DNA from: Promethearchaeota archaeon
GTDB lineage: Archaea > Asgardarchaeota > Lokiarchaeia > Sigyniarchaeales > SOKP01
NCBI GenBank assembly: GCA_016930515.1
Contig: JAFGGO010000114.1
Location: forward strand, 32,001-96,000
Direction of reading: 5' to 3'
Length of the DNA: 64,000 bases
A program made the position numbers and the translations under genes. A model generated the notes under the pieces. That model saw only the letters and a program-made list of their open reading frames with translations, did not search any database and was not told where the DNA came from. Shown here piece by piece: positions 59,696 through 64,000 of this stretch (position 1 is the first letter of the stretch; each line of letters begins with the position of its first letter).

Positions 59696-61159
59696 TCATA
59701 AAAAAACTTTTTTTAATGCGCCTTTTTCTCTTAAACGATTAATTTGACTTTTTATATTTGAATTAAGATCTTTAGACATTGGATTTCCAGTCGTATCTAA
59801 CATTTGAAGCGATGTAAGATTTTCAAACGAATCGGGAAGCGAATCGAGCTGATTATGCCCAATGTATAACTTACAAAGTGAAGAGAGGTTTCCAATTGAT
59901 TTAGGAAGAGATTTCAGGTGATTACTCCATAAAAGTAATGTATGAAGCGATGTGAGGTTGCCGATTGAGTCAGGAAGATATTTAATTTGATTCTCGTGTA
60001 AAAACAATTCTTGAAGTTCCGTGAGAATGCCAAGCCAGTCTGGAATAATTTCCAAGTGATTCGAACCCATACTTAATCTGCGGAGTGAAGTGAGATTTCC
60101 GAGTGATTCAGGAAGCAAACATATATTATTTCTTTGAAGGCTTAAACTGTGAAGAAAATTGAGGTTTCCTAATGATTCGGGAAGAATTTCTAACTGATTA
60201 TTATTAATATATAATTCTTCTAGAGATTTGAGATTACCGATTGAATTTGGAAGCCCTATTAGAAAGTTATCGTCCATATCAAGAACTTTAAGAGAGATTA
60301 GGTTCCCAATAGATTTGGGAAGCGACTTTAACTCGTTACAAATTAGATTTAGATTCTGGAGCAGTTTTAGATTTCCTATCGACTCGGGAAGCGTTTCTAT
60401 CATGTTATGTTCTAAATTTAAGGATTTTAACCCATTTAGATCTCCAATTTCTATAGGCAAGCTTTCTAAGCGATTAATCATGAGGTTAATTTCTTGTAAT
60501 GATTTGAGATTTTTTATTGATGCAGGGAGCTTTTCTAATTTGTTATTAAATAAATTAAGATAACGGAGCGAATTAAGCTTATATAATCCCTCAATTTCTT
60601 TTAAATCCGATATTTCTCTATTGCTGAGATCCAACATTCCATTCACAACAGGAATTTTATTACCATTCAAAACAACAAACTCAAAAAATGTTCTTAATTC
60701 TTCTTCGTTTAAAAAATCCATATAATTCTCTTCTATCAAATATTTGACGACCGTAGGAACGCCGTTTTTAAGCCTTTTTACGATTTCCTCCTTGAATACC
60801 TTCTTGGCCTTCTGATCTCCTTCTTGACTTAATCTTTTCAGTAATGGGAATGCCATATTCCTGTGGAGTAGTCTCGTATCGTAATTATTGCCCACCCAAG
60901 CTTGAAGATTCGAACAATGACCCCAAAACTCTTCTTCGGAAGTTATTTGCAAGTCGCTTTTCTTTTCCATATTCATTAGTTCTAATTCGTCAATGGATTG
61001 GATCTCGTTCTTGCCAGATCCTCTCTCAAGAGAAATTTGTAACGCAAGAGATTTGCATTGTCGGAACTTTTCTCCTTTCACATAAATGTGGGTTTTTCCA
61101 TCTTCAAGTTTGAGTTCGATGTATTTATTAATTCGAAAAATGTGATGCCGTATTGACAT
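59696..61159 (-). CDS. Leucine-rich repeat protein with Loki-type N-terminal domain
   Basis: EEFWGHCSNLQAW...LAFPLLK-type domain followed by about 12 LPxSIGNLxxLxxLxL repeats. Confidence 0.93.
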   Translation of the reverse strand: MSIRHHIFRINKYIELKLEDGKTHIYVKGEKFRQCKSLALQISLERGSGKNEIQSIDELELMNMEKKSDLQITSEEEFWGHCSNLQAWVGNNYDTRLLHRNMAFPLLKRLSQEGDQKAKKVFKEEIVKRLKNGVPTVVKYLIEENYMDFLNEEELRTFFEFVVLNGNKIPVVNGMLDLSNREISDLKEIEGLYKLNSLRYLNLFNNKLEKLPASIKNLKSLQEINLMINRLESLPIEIGDLNGLKSLNLEHNMIETLPESIGNLKLLQNLNLICNELKSLPKSIGNLISLKVLDMDDNFLIGLPNSIGNLKSLEELYINNNQLEILPESLGNLNFLHSLSLQRNNICLLPESLGNLTSLRRLSMGSNHLEIIPDWLGILTELQELFLHENQIKYLPDSIGNLTSLHTLLLWSNHLKSLPKSIGNLSSLCKLYIGHNQLDSLPDSFENLTSLQMLDTTGNPMSKDLNSNIKSQINRLREKGALKKVFL

Positions 61160-61283
61160 AAAAATAATCTCTTTTGAAGTGTACCTTTACTAAAATTCTG
61201 ATGATTTTATCTTGAAAAAAAAATACTCAAATAAATTTAAACTCATTTGGCATAAAACTGAAATGTCAAACACGAAAATTATA

Positions 61284-61877
61284 TCATTTAATGTTTTTCT
61301 TCAAGAGAGCTATTGCTTCTAATCTCGCTTTTAACAACGATTTTTCCTTAATTCCTTCCATTTCTTTTGACGGACCGATCTTTTCTTTTAAAACTCTTTT
61401 TAATAGTAGGTATTCGTCTTTCTGCGAGATGAAGGGTTCTACTTCTTCTTCGTGTATGAATTCCTCTATAGTGGTTTTTTTACCGTTATTATTTCCTTCC
61501 GTGAGGTCAAATCTATGATTGTTAAAAACTAAAAAGCAATGTGTTATGGGAATATAGGGAATTTTATATCTTTCAACAATTTCTCCTGCACCATTCGATA
61601 TTTCTTCCGTAAAACGATAAACGCCCACATGTTTACGAAGAGGAATGTTCAATTCTTCGGCAAGAGTGGCAATTACGCCGTGTTTTGTAGTACAAGTACC
61701 TTTTTTTTCCTTGAATAAGATCATTTCGTCATCTTTATTTGAGTTGTAGCCATAATCCATCTCATGAACGAGCAGGCATGCTTCCTTAAACGATTTTACG
61801 CCCATCTGTATGAACTTTTTCGACATTGGCCCTGAAATAACGATTTCGGCATCTGGTAAATAATCGTACGAATCCAT
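61284..61877 (-). CDS. Transglutaminase-like (Cys-His-Asp) protein
   Basis: GTCTTKH, THCFL and RFDLT occur in the order expected for a papain/transglutaminase-like triad. Confidence 0.65.
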   Translation of the reverse strand: MDSYDYLPDAEIVISGPMSKKFIQMGVKSFKEACLLVHEMDYGYNSNKDDEMILFKEKKGTCTTKHGVIATLAEELNIPLRKHVGVYRFTEEISNGAGEIVERYKIPYIPITHCFLVFNNHRFDLTEGNNNGKKTTIEEFIHEEEVEPFISQKDEYLLLKRVLKEKIGPSKEMEGIKEKSLLKARLEAIALLKKNIK

Positions 61878-61939
61878 GTTAAAATAAAGTAATTAATTTT
61901 TATTTGAATAAAAATATCAATTTGAATTTATTATTCTTT

Positions 61940-61958
61940 TCTCTATAGACTATAGAGA
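61940..61958. promoter_or_regulatory. Perfect palindrome, putative operator
   Basis: TCTCTATAG-A-CTATAGAGA in the divergent intergenic region. Confidence 0.55.
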
Positions 61959-62100
61959 TTGATATATCTAAAAAATTACACTAAAGGAGAGATTGAGCCA
62001 TTTATTAGGTGGATATATAAATCTTTGCCTACACAAATAATTAAAAACTAAATTATCTTTTTTTTACACATACAAAATATATTAATTCGTTAACAATAAC

Positions 62101-62448
62101 ATGGCACCACACATTGACAAGGACGAAGTGACGAAACTTGCTTTTCGTCGATACAAGAGCGACGAACCGTACGAGAAATCGGTGTGGTATTTGGCAGAAC
62201 TCTGTTGCATAATTAATAGGAACTTAAAAAATGGTTTCGATATCGAACCTTTAGAAACAGACAATTTAATTCTAATGTTGAGAGACGATGTAAACGGAGA
62301 AGTAAAGATGCCATCGCAAGACGAGATAAGAAGCGTTGCAGAGGTTATTTACAACGAGAATCCTCCAAGATCGGAGCTTCACTGGTTTATTGCCGAAAAA
62401 ACCTTACTTTTAGAGGAAATAAAAAAAGTTCTAAGTTCAAAAGCGTGA
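62101..62448 (+). CDS. Small protein with two DUF2934-like helical repeats
   Basis: DEVTKLAFRRY...SVWYLAE and DEIRSVAEVIY...LHWFIAE. Confidence 0.7.
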   Translation: MAPHIDKDEVTKLAFRRYKSDEPYEKSVWYLAELCCIINRNLKNGFDIEPLETDNLILMLRDDVNGEVKMPSQDEIRSVAEVIYNENPPRSELHWFIAEKTLLLEEIKKVLSSKA

Positions 62449-62549
62449 TTTGTTCGTTCCCCAAATCCAAACCGATTTGTGATTTACTTAATTTTTTCAA
62501 TTAGAACTTTCAAAAAAAATAAGATTTAAACCAATCTTATATTGGTTCC

Positions 62550-62933
62550 TTAATCCAAGTAATTTTCCTCATACCAATCAAAAAGTAGCGGTATGTTTTC
62601 AATGATACGATAAGGAATCGATTTATGAACTAGAGCGATAAAAATTCTTTTTTGAGATCTCACTTTCTTGTAATATTCGTTGTCGTTAATTAATTTTAGA
62701 TCATCTTTATGTTCCGTATCGATATGATAAATAAAATATTCGCCCATATAAGCACACTCCTTACCCCAAGAATATTCAATTTCGGATTGGATGATAGAAA
62801 CAAACATGTCAAGGTAGTTAGGAAGGAGTATTTCACCATGAATCCAGCGTTTTTCTGAAACTCCCAAGGCAAAGAACTTTCCCACGACATCCGTAGGTTT
62901 GTAATTTTCCAGTATTTTTTCCTTATTTACCAT
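62550..62933 (-). CDS. Hypothetical protein
   Basis: 127-aa ORF with ATG start and no recognised motif. Confidence 0.6.
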   Translation of the reverse strand: MVNKEKILENYKPTDVVGKFFALGVSEKRWIHGEILLPNYLDMFVSIIQSEIEYSWGKECAYMGEYFIYHIDTEHKDDLKLINDNEYYKKVRSQKRIFIALVHKSIPYRIIENIPLLFDWYEENYLD

Positions 62934-63125
62934 CTAAATAGTTAAATAGTCAATTGCGTAAAAAGCTTATTTTTAGGCCTAATCGAAAAATTTCGACGAG
63001 ATTAAAATTATAAAAGTGCAATACTGCTCGCTTTTATTAAGGAAGGAATAGATTGAATTATAACCAATCATGTTATATAATACCTAGGAAGACTAATCAA
63101 AGTATTCACGAAGTAGTTGTTTAAC

Positions 63126-64000
63126 TTGGCAAAAAAAAAAAATAATAAAGAAGAGACTCAAAAGTCCTTGGATTTTTTCATGGGAGCACATAAACCTAAA
63201 GGGGTAAAAAAAAAAACAGAACCTGAGGAATTAGCATCTAAACAAATGAAAGAAGAGTCAATAGGAAAAACAAGCTCACAAAACTCAAAAGATGAGGGAC
63301 AGAAGGAACAACAAAGCTCTCCTAAGAAAAAAGAGCCGATCAAAATTCCACCAAAACTATATTTTAAGGAAAGAGAGCTCGATTTTGGAATGAAAGAAGA
63401 CAACATCGAGCTCGAAATTTTAAAGAGAGAATCAGTAAGCTCAAAATACCTTCGTTACTTGATTAAAAAAGGGGATATCGTGGAGAATCTCGATAGGGGA
63501 TTATTATTAGATGTTGATTACGATGGTGGTCTCAACAAGGCATATTGCAAGTTTTACGATATAGATACTCAAGAAATAAAAATTTGGATAGACACGACAA
63601 ATCACCAACCTTATTGTATAAGCAAGCTCTCAAAAGACAAGCTTGAGAACAACATCGAATTAACTAATTACGAGGGTTTCAATCGTCTCGAAACGGTGGA
63701 AAGAACGGATCTATTACGCGACATTACTACAGAAATGACGAAGATATACGGAAAAACCCCTACGAACATAGGTGGTGCAGGAATCAACATTCGGAATATT
63801 TTAAACGGGGAGGCTTGGGAGGCGGATATTAGATATCACCACAACTACATTTACGACACGGGTCTGATTCCAGGATTGGTATATAAAATTTCAAACGGAA
63901 AGATCGAAATTTTAAAAGGTGATGAAAATAAAAAAGCGGAAGAGATAGAACAAGTTACACATGATTTTATGGCTTTATTCAAGAACGAAAAGCCAGAAAT
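63126..64000 (+). CDS. polB1: Family B DNA polymerase, PolB1-like, partial (runs off the window end)
   Basis: Not in the ORF track. My translation from TTG 63126 is MAKKKNNKEETQKSLDFFMG...GLLLDVDYDGGLNKAYCKFYD...DTTNHQPYC...AWEADIRYHHNYIYDTGLIPG, matching the PolB1 N-terminal domain with an N-terminal PIP-like motif. Confidence 0.88.
   Translation, partial: MAKKKNNKEETQKSLDFFMGAHKPKGVKKKTEPEELASKQMKEESIGKTSSQNSKDEGQKEQQSSPKKKEPIKIPPKLYFKERELDFGMKEDNIELEILKRESVSSKYLRYLIKKGDIVENLDRGLLLDVDYDGGLNKAYCKFYDIDTQEIKIWIDTTNHQPYCISKLSKDKLENNIELTNYEGFNRLETVERTDLLRDITTEMTKIYGKTPTNIGGAGINIRNILNGEAWEADIRYHHNYIYDTGLIPGLVYKISNGKIEILKGDENKKAEEIEQVTHDFMALFKNEKPE

Noticed and set aside
59468-62933. tRNA as the integration site of a mobile element
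   Set aside because: No integrase and no duplicated tRNA 3' end was seen in the window.
63158-63406. Minus-strand 82-aa ORF
   Set aside because: Antisense to the polB1 5' region.

Overview
AT-rich archaeal chromosomal segment that most likely comes from an Asgard archaeon (Lokiarchaeia/Promethearchaeota-like). The assignment is inferred from a Rab-like GTPase, a V4R protein, a gelsolin-like domain, LRR proteins with a Loki-type N-terminal domain, Loki-CTERM-like tails, an archaeal proteasome alpha subunit and an intron-containing tRNA. Main blocks in order: ABC-2 exporter with a surface protein; psmA and the Rab GTPase; two acyl-CoA ligase homologues, one fused to an AbrB-like domain; a DUF2284/corrinoid protein/RACo operon; a split PolB2 cassette (RadA-like gene, then arCOG07300-like plus polB2); gelsolin/helical-repeat proteins; a TrmB locus; a 2569-aa polytopic membrane protein; tandem LRR paralogues; a roughly 12-kb phosphate-associated locus; tRNA-Thr(UGU); and the 5' part of polB1. 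The phosphate locus holds an alkaline-phosphatase-superfamily enzyme, AbrB-PhoU, PiT, three DUF47/PhoU-like genes and a non-Pst ABC importer whose two ATPases have complementary degenerate motifs. The best candidates for undescribed biology are that asymmetric importer, the DUF2284-corrinoid module, the AbrB-fused ligase lacking the catalytic Lys, and a small membrane protein ending in a canonical PCNA-binding motif. No CRISPR array, rRNA or recognisable mobile element was seen. All family assignments come from motif recognition by eye, with no database searches.
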